The notes under the pieces are model-generated. The model worked only from the letters and a program-made list of their open reading frames with translations, did no database searches and was not told where the DNA came from. Positions 9,486-18,853 of a stretch of DNA of 64,000 nt are shown piece after piece. Within the stretch, counting starts at the first letter, position 1. Every line of letters starts with the position of its first letter. A program made the translations under genes and the position numbers. This stretch comes from Gaiellales bacterium (lineage in GTDB: Bacteria > Actinomycetota > Thermoleophilia > Gaiellales > JAICJC01). The stretch covers positions 11,084 to 75,083 of the forward strand of contig JBBQUW010000010.1 of assembly GCA_038212095.1 (NCBI GenBank), read 5' to 3'.

Positions 9486-10418
9486 CTACTTCTCGCCGTC
9501 GGCGGGCTTGGCCGCCGTCTCGGTGTCGCTCGCGGTGGCGCTCTTTGCGGTGCTCTTGGTGGTGGTCGTCTTCTTCGTGCTCTTCGCTGCTGCCGGTTTC
9601 GCGGCGGCGGGTTTGGTCGCCGGCTTCTTTGCCGCCGGCTTGGCGGCGGGCTTCGCAGCCGCAACTGCGACAGTGGGCTCGGCCTCCGGCGCGGACTCGA
9701 CGACCGGCTCGGGCGCCACGACGGCCGGCTCCGGCTCGGGATCCGCCGCCGCCGCTGGTGCCGGCTCGCTCTCGGGCGCCGTCGCCGGTGCCGCCGCAAC
9801 GGGCGCGGGCTGGGCTTCGTGCGTAGGCTGTTCGGGAATCGGCGATCCGTCGGCGGCCACCTGCGCCGTCACCACGTTCTTGTGGGGCGCGAGCATCATC
9901 ACCATGTTGCGGCCGTCCTGCAGCGGTGCAGACTCGACGACGCCCAACTCCTGCACCTCGTCGGCCAACCGCAGCAGCAACACGCGGCCACGGTCGGGAT
10001 GCGTCATCTCCCGTCCCCGGAACATGATCGTCACCTTGACCTTGTCGCGGTTCTTGAGAAAGCGGACGACGTGCCCCTTCTTGGTGGCATAGTCGTGAGG
10101 ATCGATCTTTGGTCGCAGCTTGATCTCTTTGATCGTGATGGTGGACTGGTGCTTGCGGGCGAGCTTCGCCTTCTGCTCCTGCTCGTACTTGTACTTCGAG
10201 TAGTCCATCACCCGGCAGACGGGCGGCTTCGCGTCCGGAGCCACCTCGACCAGGTCGAGGTTGGCGTCCCAGGCGTACTTCAGCGCCTCATCCGTGCTCT
10301 TGATGCCGATCTGCTCCCCGTCGGCGCCGATCAGGCGCACCTGTGGGACACGGATGGCGTCGTTGATGCGGGTGGTTGGCTCCGCCGGCCGTTGGTCGAA
10401 CCGTCGCCGCGGTCTCAA
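9486..10418 (-). CDS. infC: translation initiation factor IF-3 with a 129-aa low-complexity C-terminal tail
   Basis: IF3 blocks [81 protein letters not shown]. The 5' end is uncertain. I place it at in-frame TTG 10418, which gives a 181-aa core. The track ORF start (GTG 10490) would translate a terminator hairpin and U-tract. Confidence 0.88.
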   Translation of the reverse strand: MRPRRRFDQRPAEPTTRINDAIRVPQVRLIGADGEQIGIKSTDEALKYAWDANLDLVEVAPDAKPPVCRVMDYSKYKYEQEQKAKLARKHQSTITIKEIKLRPKIDPHDYATKKGHVVRFLKNRDKVKVTIMFRGREMTHPDRGRVLLLRLADEVQELGVVESAPLQDGRNMVMMLAPHKNVVTAQVAADGSPIPEQPTHEAQPAPVAAAPATAPESEPAPAAAADPEPEPAVVAPEPVVESAPEAEPTVAVAAAKPAAKPAAKKPATKPAAAKPAAAKSTKKTTTTKSTAKSATASDTETAAKPADGEK

Positions 10419-10466
10419 GACGAGTGCCCAGTCACGATCTGTGTCAAGCCCGGAGTCTCCCTCCGT

Positions 10467-10501
10467 CGAAAACAGAAAAACGGGCGCCACATGGGCACCC
10501 G
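10467..10501 (-). terminator. intrinsic-terminator-like hairpin plus U-tract inside the infC leader (candidate attenuator)
   Basis: The minus-strand RNA reads CGGGUGCC-CAUGU-GGCGCCCG (8 bp including one G.U) followed by UUUUUCUGUUUUCG. The SD-like GGAGGGAG (10464-10457) comes immediately after. Confidence 0.55.
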
Positions 10502-10716
10502 TTCTCGCACTCCCAGATCGGAAGCGACCGCCAAACTGCTCGGTTGAACCCGGCTCACGCGTTGCGCGGCGGGTGAGAAGCGGGAAGCCTCTGCTTTGCC
10601 AGGGTGCGAGTATAGCCCATGGGACGTGGACCCCTCCGCATCCGCTGTTGTCGCAACTGTCACGGTCGCGTCACGATCGCGGCCACGGCCCTTGACCTGG
10701 GAAGGATACGTGCGCA

Positions 10717-11376
10717 ATGATCGCGGTCGTGTTCAATGACCGAGCCCAAGCTGGGGCAGGTCTGGCGGCGGCACTGCCCGATCTGCGCATGAAGTCGAAC
10801 GTCACCGTGATCGGGCTTGCCCGGGGCGGCGTGGAGGTCGCGTACGAGACGGCGCACCTGCTGCGGCTACCGCTGGACGTGTTGTGCGTCCGCAAGGTCA
10901 GCATGCCGGGGTATGCCGAGCTGGCGATGGGCGCGGTGGCGCCACAGGGCGAGCGGTTCACCAACCGCCGCATCGCCTCGCTGCTGACCACCCGCCAGAT
11001 CGAGGAGGCGTATGACTCGGCGATGGTCGAGGCGCGGGCGATGGACGACCGTCTCCGCGCCGGCCTTCCCCTCAACCTGGTCGGCCGCGTCGCGCTGATC
11101 ATCGATGATGGCGCGGCCACCGGCGCATCGGTGCGGGCCGCGATCGCCGCCGTCCGCAACGCCGGCGCGCGCCAGATGATCGTGGCACTTCCGGTGTTGC
11201 CACGGCCGGCAGCCGAGCGGCTGGCACGCGAGTGCGACCGGCTGGTCACGCTGCGCGCACCTCAGCGGTTCCAGTCGGTCGGCCAGTTCTATCAGGACTT
11301 CCAGCCCGTGCCCGAGGACCGTGTGCGCGAGCTGTTGGCGGCGGCCCAGCCGGCCGCCGAGCAGCAGCCGGTGTGA
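10717..11376 (+). CDS. phosphoribosyltransferase-family protein
   Basis: 219 aa with the PRPP-binding loop VALIIDDGAATGASV. The architecture resembles stand-alone predicted PRTases. Confidence 0.8.
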   Translation: MIAVVFNDRAQAGAGLAAALPDLRMKSNVTVIGLARGGVEVAYETAHLLRLPLDVLCVRKVSMPGYAELAMGAVAPQGERFTNRRIASLLTTRQIEEAYDSAMVEARAMDDRLRAGLPLNLVGRVALIIDDGAATGASVRAAIAAVRNAGARQMIVALPVLPRPAAERLARECDRLVTLRAPQRFQSVGQFYQDFQPVPEDRVRELLAAAQPAAEQQPV

Positions 11377-11657
11377 TCGCCCGCAGACCGTTCGCGGCCT
11401 GGGCGGTCGTGGGGTTCGTGCTCGGCCTCGCCGCGACGCCGCTGTTTGTGATTGCGCTGCCGCTCGCGGTGGTTGCGATCGTCGTGGTGGCTCGCCGGGC
11501 ACACGAACCCGACGACCTGCTGGGCGCCGTGTGTGGAGTCGGACTGGTTTTGTTGCTGTCGTCGACCGCCACGGTGCGTCTGGCCGGCTTCGCCGCGCTG
11601 GTGGGCGGCCTCGCGTTGCACGCGCTGATCGGCCGGCTGGGCGGCCCGGCCCCCTGA
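11373..11657 (+). CDS. small integral membrane protein (94 aa)
   Basis: GTG at 11373 overlaps the upstream stop as GTGA. The product VIARRPFAAWAVVGFVLGLAATPLFVIALPLAVVAIVVVA... has 3 hydrophobic helices. The part of the track ORF upstream of 11373 lies out of frame inside the PRTase gene. Confidence 0.5.
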   Translation: MIARRPFAAWAVVGFVLGLAATPLFVIALPLAVVAIVVVARRAHEPDDLLGAVCGVGLVLLLSSTATVRLAGFAALVGGLALHALIGRLGGPAP

Positions 11658-11661
11658 CCGT

Positions 11662-12480
11662 TCAGGCCAGGCCGAGCAGCTCCCGCGCCGCCGCCGGCGT
11701 TGCCGGGCGTCGGCCGGCCAGCGCCGCGATCGCAGCCACCCGCTCCACCAGCGCGGCGTTCGATGGCGCCGGCACCCCCGCGTCGGCCTCGACCTGATCC
11801 TCGAACCCGCAGCGCACGTGGCCGCCGCAGGCGATCGCTGCCGTCACGACCGGCAGGAAGCTGCGGCCGATCCCGGTCGCCGTCCAGGTGGAGCCGGCCG
11901 GCAGCCGGTCGCTGAGGTCGACCACGTTGCGCGGGGTGCCGGCCGCGCCGCCGGGCACGCCCAGCACCAGATCGTAGTGCTGGGGCCCATCGAGCGGCGC
12001 CTTCGCGATCAGCCAGGCCGCGTTGTCCAGGTGGCCGAGGTCGAAGATCTCGAGCTCGGACCGCACCCCGGCCGCGATCTGGGCGCGTGCAAACGCGAGC
12101 ATCAACGGCGCAGGATTCTCGAACACTCCCTGGCCGAAGTTGACGCTGCCGCACGTCAGCGTGGCCATATCCGGCGCGGCGGCCAGCGAGCCCAGCCGTT
12201 CCTCCGCCGACATGCCGATCGCGCCGCCGGTGGACACCTGGACGATCATCTCCGGCACCTGGTCTCGGATCTCGTCCACGATGATCCGATAGCGCTCGCC
12301 GTCCTGCGTAGGCGTGCCGTCGTCCCAGCGCGCATGCACGTGCACCATCCGCGCGCCTGCGTCGAACGCCCGCCGCGTCTCGGCCGCGATCTCACCTGGG
12401 GTGTGGGGCACCGCCGGGTTATGGCTGCGCGTCGTCTCCGCCCCGCAGGGCGCGACGGTGATGATCAGGTCGTCAGACAC
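11662..12480 (-). CDS. beta-keto acid cleavage enzyme (BKACE / 3-keto-5-aminohexanoate cleavage enzyme family, DUF849)
   Basis: 272 aa: MSDDLIITVAPCGAETTR...MVHVHARWDDGTPTQD...QVSTGGAIGMS...ATLTCGSVNFG...GHVRCGFEDQV, typical of the Kce/BKACE TIM-barrel family. Confidence 0.9.
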   Translation of the reverse strand: MSDDLIITVAPCGAETTRSHNPAVPHTPGEIAAETRRAFDAGARMVHVHARWDDGTPTQDGERYRIIVDEIRDQVPEMIVQVSTGGAIGMSAEERLGSLAAAPDMATLTCGSVNFGQGVFENPAPLMLAFARAQIAAGVRSELEIFDLGHLDNAAWLIAKAPLDGPQHYDLVLGVPGGAAGTPRNVVDLSDRLPAGSTWTATGIGRSFLPVVTAAIACGGHVRCGFEDQVEADAGVPAPSNAALVERVAAIAALAGRRPATPAAARELLGLA

Positions 12481-12497
12481 GGCGTCGCGCGCGGCCG

Positions 12498-12908
12498 CTA
12501 CGCCCCGTGGCCGCCGGGGCCACGGTGGAACTCGCGCTTGACCACATACGTGCCGCGGGCCCGGGTCACCAGCACCGGCGGCTCGAGCAGATCAGCGGCC
12601 GACTCGTTGACGTCCCCGCGGGCGGTGATCTCCTTCCACAGCTCCAGATCGACCGTGCGGCTGGTGGTGCCCATGCGCACGATCGTGCCGCTCGCGCGCA
12701 CGAAGTCGCCGGCGTGCACCGGCGCCAGGAACTCCACCTTCTCGTAGCCGGCGAACAATCCCTCGTCGCCATCGGTGCGCACGGCCAGCTCGGTGACGAT
12801 GTCACCGAAGATCTCGAGCCCGTGCGCTCCGTCGACGAGGTTGCCTCCATAGTGGGCATCCGCGGCCGACAACCGCACCCGCAGCTCGACCTTCAGTCCC
12901 TCGCTCAT
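12498..12908 (-). CDS. hotdog-fold protein (3-aminobutyryl-CoA ammonia-lyase-like or acyl-CoA thioesterase-like)
   Basis: Track ORF trimmed to ATG 12908 (MSEGLKVELRVRL...), 136 aa. The hotdog core is FLAPVHAGDFVRASGTIVRMGTTSRTVDLELW. The size and the BKACE neighbour match Kal-type proteins, but a thioesterase cannot be excluded. Confidence 0.7.
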   Translation of the reverse strand: MSEGLKVELRVRLSAADAHYGGNLVDGAHGLEIFGDIVTELAVRTDGDEGLFAGYEKVEFLAPVHAGDFVRASGTIVRMGTTSRTVDLELWKEITARGDVNESAADLLEPPVLVTRARGTYVVKREFHRGPGGHGA

Positions 12909-13082
12909 GCGTTCCCCCGTCGAATCAGTTCCTGCGCCATCCATGCCGCCACCTGGGACGGCCCGGGCCCTGGCCCGAGGCCGGCATCGTATCCGAGCGC
13001 CGACCCGGCTGGTCACGGTCGATCTCGAAGGCGCGGCCAGGCCCGATCCCCCGCCCGGAGATAGCGGCCGAGGCCGGCCTGC

Positions 13083-14021
13083 TCACGCCCGCCGAGCGAG
13101 GTCGACCGGAAACCGCGGCTGCAGCCGGCCGTCCCGCTTGCGCAGCTCGGGCCGGTCGGCCACCAGGCAGTTGTAGACCGCCTCCTCGGCCGCCTCGTAG
13201 GCGGCGGCGAAGTACGGGTTCAGCTGGTCGTTCTCGAGCGTCTGCGGCCGGGCGGTGGTGAATGAGACGGCGATCTCGCCGGAGCCGTTGTGGGCGTACG
13301 ATCCCGCCCGCGCCAGGCCCAGCAGCGGCCGCAGCGCGAGCCGCCGCAGCTGCATCGCCGTCATCGGCGCGTCGGTGGCACAGACCGCGATGCACGAGCC
13401 CTCAGCGGGAGCCGGCTGTTCGGCCGGGTCGAAACGCAGCCCGCCGGCGGCCAGCCGTTCACGTTCGCCGAAGTTGCACATCAGGAGCACGCCCAGCGTG
13501 TGGTCGCCGACGCGTCGCGAGGCGGTGCCGATGCCGCCGGCGAACTCGAAGCACGTCATACCGGTGCCGCCGCCGACGGAGCCCTCGGGGACGTCGCTGG
13601 AGAGAGCGGCCCGCGCTCGCATCACGTCCTGCACGGTGATGGTGCGCGAATCGGCCAGATCGCTGTCGTCGCACTCCCCCACCACGGGAATCAAGGTGTT
13701 ATCGGGATCACCGCCCTCGGCCAGCACGGCGGCGTGATAGACCATGCCCAGCGCGTGCGTGCCGCACAGGTAGATGCCGGTCTGGATGATGCCCCACTCG
13801 TCGATCTCGAGCTTCTTGGTCAGCTCGCCGACGCCGTTCACGGTGGCCACGCCGGCCCTGACGGGCAGCGATGGCGGCGCGATCACGGTCACGCCGGTGA
13901 GCTCACCGCTCTCGGCCTGCGAGTGACCAACCAGCACACCGGGTACATCGGTGATCGAGTTGCGCTCGCCGATCGGCAGCAGTCCCACGGGACCGGCGAT
14001 ATCTCTCCAGCGTTCGGGCAT
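13083..14021 (-). CDS. S58 (P1) family peptidase, DmpA/BapA-type L-aminopeptidase / beta-peptidyl aminopeptidase
   Basis: Trimmed to ATG 14021 (MPERWRDIAGP...), 312 aa. Blocks NSITDVPGVLVGH, GVTVI, GGGTGMTCFEFAGGIGTASR (self-cleavage/nucleophile region), GSGEIAVSF. Confidence 0.85.
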   Translation of the reverse strand: MPERWRDIAGPVGLLPIGERNSITDVPGVLVGHSQAESGELTGVTVIAPPSLPVRAGVATVNGVGELTKKLEIDEWGIIQTGIYLCGTHALGMVYHAAVLAEGGDPDNTLIPVVGECDDSDLADSRTITVQDVMRARAALSSDVPEGSVGGGTGMTCFEFAGGIGTASRRVGDHTLGVLLMCNFGERERLAAGGLRFDPAEQPAPAEGSCIAVCATDAPMTAMQLRRLALRPLLGLARAGSYAHNGSGEIAVSFTTARPQTLENDQLNPYFAAAYEAAEEAVYNCLVADRPELRKRDGRLQPRFPVDLARRA

Positions 14022-14101
14022 GAACGGTGCTCTATACCAGACTGACACCGGGTCGCGCTGAGACGACCGGCGTGGCGGCAGGTTGGGCACGCATCCTCGT
14101 G

Positions 14102-14503
14102 TCAGGAGGCCGAGGGGTACTCGTCGTGCTGAGGCAGGTGGTCGAGGATCGGATACCACGGAGCCTTCGAACCGACGAAGATATGCGCCGTCGGCGTGTG
14201 CCCCGGCTGGTCGACGAGGCCGCCGTACGGAACCCGTACGCAGCCGCGCTCGCGCACGGTCCAGTACAGCAGCGAGAAGCAGAGCCGGCAGCGGATCTCG
14301 TGATCCGCGGTCTTCTCGCCGACCTCCAACAACAGATCGACACCCTTCAAAATCATCAGCTTTTCCCGCTCGATCTCACCCCACGGCAAGAACGCCGACC
14401 CGGTGGTCGCGCGACAGTTCGAGCAGTGGCAGTTGTACGCGACGACGAACTCATCCGCGACCTCGTATGCCACCGCATCGCATCCACAGCGACCTCTCAG
14501 CAT
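14102..14503 (-). CDS. GFA-family (glutathione-dependent formaldehyde-activating / CENP-V-like) zinc protein
   Basis: 133 aa with Cys pattern GRCGCDAV...CHCSNCR...CRLC, typical of GFA. Confidence 0.8.
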   Translation of the reverse strand: MLRGRCGCDAVAYEVADEFVVAYNCHCSNCRATTGSAFLPWGEIEREKLMILKGVDLLLEVGEKTADHEIRCRLCFSLLYWTVRERGCVRVPYGGLVDQPGHTPTAHIFVGSKAPWYPILDHLPQHDEYPSAS

Positions 14504-14512
14504 GCGGCCATC

Positions 14513-15873
14513 CTAGCGCCGAAGCCCGCGCATCACCCGCTCATCCGGCCCCGCCGAAAACCTCCACGGATGCGCCGCCTCGAATGCCGCCGCCGCCCGA
14601 AGCACCAGCGCGTCCGCCCCACGGCGGCCGATGATCTGGAGGCCTACCGGCATGCCGTCAACGCTGCCGCAGGGCACGGTCGCCGCCGGCTGGCCGGAGA
14701 CGTTGAACGGATAGGTGAACGCCGTCCAGGAGAGGTACTCGGTCGGCACGCCGGCCACCGAGCCCGGCTGGTCGAGGCCGGCCGCGAACGCCGTCAGCGG
14801 CAGCGTCGGCGTCAGCATCAGGTCGTGGTCGTGCATGAACGCGTCCCAGACCGCTGCGTAGCGAGCCTTGGCGCCCTGGGCCGAGACCAGCGCGGTCGCC
14901 GGCAGCCGAAGACCCCGCTCGATCACCGTCACGCGGCCGGGGTCGAGCAGCTCCTCCACCTCCGCCAGACGTCCGTCGGCGAACGGCGCCGCCTGGCTGG
15001 TGCACCAGATCGTGTCGACGATCGGCCACGGATCGGGCAGCGACGGGTGGCGCGCGTCCAGCCCGCTCCCAGCGCGGCGAAGCTGCGCGCCGCCGCCTCG
15101 CAGACCGCGACCACCTCCGGCTCGACGGCGGCGTAGCCCAGGTCGGCCGACCACGCGACTCGAACGCCGGCCACGCCGCCCGCCAGACCCGCGAGCGTCT
15201 CGCTCCCCGTCAGCACATCAAGCAGCAGCGCTGACTCGGCCACGTGGCGGCTGATCGGCCCCTGCACCGACAGCCCGGAGTTGACGACATCGGTCGGCAC
15301 CAGGCCCCAGGTCGGCTTGAGGCCGAACACGCCGCACATCGAGGCCGGGATGCGGATCGAGCCGGCGCCGTCGCCCCCGTGGTGCAGGACGCCGGGCAGG
15401 CGCGCCGCCGCGGCCGCCGCCCCGCCGCTGGATCCGCCGGCCGCCTGCGATGGCCGCCACGGGTTGAGCGTCGACCCGTGCACACGGCTCGAGGTCTCGC
15501 CCTTCCAGCCGTTCTCCGGCGTCGCCGTCTTGCCGATGATGGCGGCGCCGGCTGCCCGGACGATCGCCACCAGCGGCGAGTCCGCCGCTGCGATGCGGTC
15601 GCCACCCAGCAGCGAGCCGGCGGCCGTGCGCACGCCGGCCACGTCCAGCAGATCCTTGATCGTGACCGGCACGCCCGCCAGCGGCCCGGCGGTGCCGTCA
15701 GCGTAGGCCCGCTCGGCGGCCGCCGCCTGCCGCAGGGCCAGATCCGGTGTCAGCGTGACGAACGCGTGCAGCTCGCGGTCGACGTCATCGGCCCGCTGCA
15801 GCGTCTCGCGCACCACCTCGACCGGCGAGCGCTCTCGCCGCCGGTAGGCGTCGAGCAGGTCGAGGACGTTCAC
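14513..15873 (-). pseudogene. amidase-signature (GatA-like) amidase, split by a -1 frameshift near 15062-15064
   Basis: ORF 14929-15873 carries the AS core GGSSGGAAAAAA...GGDGAGSIRIPASMCGVFGLKPT and stays family-like to ...SFAALGA. ORF 14513-15154 continues as GLDARHPSLPDPWPIV...FTYPFNVSGQPAATVPCG...GLQIIGRRGAD. The total length of 1361 nt plus 1 is divisible by 3. Confidence 0.8.
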
Positions 15874-15888
15874 CGCGCCCCGCCCGCG

Positions 15889-16902
15889 TCAGCCGGGCGC
15901 GGTGACGATGCAGGCCGCGCGATGCTCGGCCACGTGCGACTCGCGCGCCCGGTGCAGCTGGGGGTCGATCGACTTGCAGCGCTCCTCGGCGATCGGACAG
16001 CGCGGGTGGAAGCGGCAGCCGGACGGCACGTGCACCGGGTTGGGCGTCTCGCCCTTGAGGATCTGTGGCACCGTCTGCTCGCGAGGATCGCGTTTTGGCA
16101 CCACAGAGATCAGCGCCCGCGTGTAGGGGTGCTGTGGATTTCGCACCACCTCCTTGGCCGGCCCCTCCTCGACGATCCGGCCCAGGTACATGACCGCGAT
16201 CCGATCGGCGAAGTGTGCCGCCGTGGAGAGGTCGTGCGTGATCATCAGGATGCCGAGCCCCTGCCGGCGCAGACCGTCCAGAAGCGAGAGGATGCCGGCC
16301 CGCACCGAGACGTCGAGCATCGACACCGGCTCGTCTGCCACTAGCAGCTTGGGATCGAGCACCAGGCTGGCCGCGATCGCGACCCGCTGGCGCTGGCCGC
16401 CGGACAGCTCGTGCGGGAACCGGTCGATGAACAGGTCAGGCGGCGTCAACCCGGCCCGGTCGAGCGCCTCGCGCACCTTCGCCTCGCGTTGCGGCTTGGA
16501 GCCGGCGATGCCGTGCACCAGCAGCGGCTCCTCGATCGTGTCGCGCACGGTGAAGCGCGGGTCGAGCGACTCGTAGGGATCCTGGTAGATCATCTGGATC
16601 TCGCGCCGCAGGGGCCGCAGCGAGCGCGCCGAGAGGCTCGAGATCTCGCGGCCGCGAAACTTGATCGAGCCTGACTCGTTCTCGACCATCCGGATCACCG
16701 TCTGCGCGGTCGAGGTCTTGCCGCATCCCGACTCGCCCACCAGCGCCACCATCTCGCCCTCGCCGACGCTGAACGAGACGCCCTCCACCGCGTGCACCGA
16801 GAGCTTCGGTCGCCGTGCCACCGCGCCGATCACCCCACGCGGCACCGGGTAGCGCGTGACCAGGTCGGCGACCTCGAGCAGCGTGCCGCCGACCGTGCTC
16901 AT
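15889..16902 (-). CDS. peptide/nickel ABC transporter ATP-binding protein (DppF/OppF-like)
   Basis: Walker A GESGCGKTS, signature LSGGQRQR, Walker B LLVADEP. C-terminal oligopeptide-type extension with CRFHPRCP. Confidence 0.9.
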   Translation of the reverse strand: MSTVGGTLLEVADLVTRYPVPRGVIGAVARRPKLSVHAVEGVSFSVGEGEMVALVGESGCGKTSTAQTVIRMVENESGSIKFRGREISSLSARSLRPLRREIQMIYQDPYESLDPRFTVRDTIEEPLLVHGIAGSKPQREAKVREALDRAGLTPPDLFIDRFPHELSGGQRQRVAIAASLVLDPKLLVADEPVSMLDVSVRAGILSLLDGLRRQGLGILMITHDLSTAAHFADRIAVMYLGRIVEEGPAKEVVRNPQHPYTRALISVVPKRDPREQTVPQILKGETPNPVHVPSGCRFHPRCPIAEERCKSIDPQLHRARESHVAEHRAACIVTAPG

Positions 16903-17882
16903 GCCGGCTGCTCCAGGGTGACGCGGTCATTGAGGTGGCACATCGCCTCGTGGCCGGGTGCCACCTCCAGCCTGCGAGGATGCGTGTCGGCACAGGGTGA
17001 GAACGCCGAGTCGCAGCGTGGCGCGAATGGACAGCCCACGATCGCCCGATCGAGCCGCGGCGGCGCGCCCGGGATCGAGATCACCGAGTCGTCGCCCAGC
17101 ATGTCCGGCGTGGCCGCAAACAGCATCCGCGTGTAGGGGTGGCGCGGCTCGTGGTAGATCTCGGCCATATCGCCCATCTCGGCGATCTCGCCCGCGTACA
17201 TCACGGCGGCCCGGTCGCAGACCTGCGCCACCACCGGCAGGTCGTGCGTGACCAGCACCATCGAGAGCCCCAGGTCGCGCGTCAGCTGCGTCAACAGCTC
17301 CAGGATCTGCGCCTGCACCATCACGTCCAGCGCGGTGGTCGGCTCGTCCGCCAGCAGCACCTTCGGCTCGCAGGCCAGCGCCAGGGCGATCGCCGCCCGC
17401 TGCCGCATGCCGCCCGAGAACTCGTGGGGATAGCGGTCGGCGCGGTCGCCCGAGATGCCGACGAGGTCCAGCAGCCGCCGCACCTGGGCCCGCGCCACCT
17501 TGCCGCTGGCGATGCCGTGCATCTCCAACGGCTCGGCGATCTGGCTGCCGACCGTCTTGACCGGGTTGAACGCGTTCATGGCACCCTGAAACACCATCGA
17601 GATGTCCTTCCAGCGGTGCGGGCTGACCGTCTCCTCGCCCTTGGCCAGGATGTCCTCACCGTCCAGCAGCACGCGCCCGGCCGCCGATGCGCTGGACGGC
17701 AGCAGGCCCATCAGCGCCAGGATGGTGGTGGTCTTGCCGCAGCCCGACTCGCCCACCAGCCCCAACCGCTCGCCGGCCCGCAGCTCGAAGCTGACGCCCT
17801 GCACGGCGTGCAGCTCGCGTCCGCCGCTGAGATCGAACCAGACGTGCAGATCCTCGACCTTCAGTACCGGCGCGTCACTCAC
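16899..17882 (-). CDS. peptide/nickel ABC transporter ATP-binding protein (DppD/OppD-like)
   Basis: Trimmed to GTG 17882 (VSDAPVLKVEDLHVWF), which overlaps the permease stop as GTGA. Walker A GESGCGKTT, FSGGMRQR, LLADEPTTALD, C-terminal CPFAPRC. Confidence 0.9.
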   Translation of the reverse strand: MSDAPVLKVEDLHVWFDLSGGRELHAVQGVSFELRAGERLGLVGESGCGKTTTILALMGLLPSSASAAGRVLLDGEDILAKGEETVSPHRWKDISMVFQGAMNAFNPVKTVGSQIAEPLEMHGIASGKVARAQVRRLLDLVGISGDRADRYPHEFSGGMRQRAAIALALACEPKVLLADEPTTALDVMVQAQILELLTQLTRDLGLSMVLVTHDLPVVAQVCDRAAVMYAGEIAEMGDMAEIYHEPRHPYTRMLFAATPDMLGDDSVISIPGAPPRLDRAIVGCPFAPRCDSAFSPCADTHPRRLEVAPGHEAMCHLNDRVTLEQPA

Positions 17883-18853
17883 TCGGCGTCGAGCTCCCCC
17901 TGCAGCGGCCGCATGCGGAAGCGGCGAACGGCCAGGTGCCCGACCTTGAGCCGCGGGTTGAGCGCATCCTCCATCGATTGGCCCACCATCGTGCAGGCCA
18001 GGATCACGACCGTCACCGCCAGCCCGGGCGGCACCACCGCCCACCACGCGTTGTTCAACACGGCGTTGCCAAGGAAGGCGTTCTCGATCAGCTTGCCCCA
18101 CGAGACCGTGCTTGGGTCGCCCAGGCCGAGGAACGTGATGTAGGTCTCGAGGAACACCGCCAGCGCGATCATCAGCACAGTGTTTGCGATCAGCAGCGGC
18201 GCCACCTGAGGCAACACGTGCTTTCGGATCAGGCGGCCGTTGCCCGCGCCCAGCGATCGCGCCCGTTTCACGTACACCCGCTCGCGCACGCTCTTGACCT
18301 GCGCCCGGATCAGACGCGCCGTGCTGGTCCAGTAGATGATCCCGATGATCAGGATGATGTTCGCCAAGGTGCGTCCAAACACCGCGGCCACCACGATGAT
18401 CAGCGGCAGGTCGGGAATGACCAGGAAGATGTCGGTGATCCGCATCAGCACGATGTCCACCCAGCCGCCGAAGAATCCCGCCACCACGCCCACCGCGCCG
18501 CCGATCAGCATCGCCACCAGCGCGCCGGCGAATCCCACCTCCAGCGAGACGCGGCTGCCGTACACCATCAGCGAGAACATGTCGACGCCGCCGTCGTCGG
18601 TGCCCAGCCAGTGCGAGCTGCTCGGTGCCTGGTAGATCGGGCCCGTCTTCTGGGTCACGCTGTGGGTCGCGATCAGCGGCGCGAAGATCGCGATCAGCAC
18701 GAATGCGATCACGATCGCGAGCCCGACCACGGCCTGCGGTTCGCCGCGCAGCGTGGCGCTGAAGAAGCCCGGCCGGCGAGTGCTGGCCGGCTCGATCGCC
18801 TCCGGCGCCGCGCCCTCGGGCACCAGTCCGGGCTCGGTGATAAGGCCGCTCAC
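17879..18853 (-). CDS. ABC transporter permease (DppC/OppC-like)
   Basis: 324 aa, 6 predicted TM helices, with the binding-protein-dependent transport motif region ARSLGAGNGRLIRKHVLPQ. Confidence 0.9.
   Translation of the reverse strand: MSGLITEPGLVPEGAAPEAIEPASTRRPGFFSATLRGEPQAVVGLAIVIAFVLIAIFAPLIATHSVTQKTGPIYQAPSSSHWLGTDDGGVDMFSLMVYGSRVSLEVGFAGALVAMLIGGAVGVVAGFFGGWVDIVLMRITDIFLVIPDLPLIIVVAAVFGRTLANIILIIGIIYWTSTARLIRAQVKSVRERVYVKRARSLGAGNGRLIRKHVLPQVAPLLIANTVLMIALAVFLETYITFLGLGDPSTVSWGKLIENAFLGNAVLNNAWWAVVPPGLAVTVVILACTMVGQSMEDALNPRLKVGHLAVRRFRMRPLQGELDAE

Noticed and set aside
10419-10490. N-terminal extension of infC to GTG 10490 as given by the ORF track.
   Set aside because: The extension ([14 protein letters not shown]...) is the translation of a terminator hairpin, its U-tract and an SD-like GGAGGGAG. 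It also adds 24 residues not seen in the IF3 N-termini I know.
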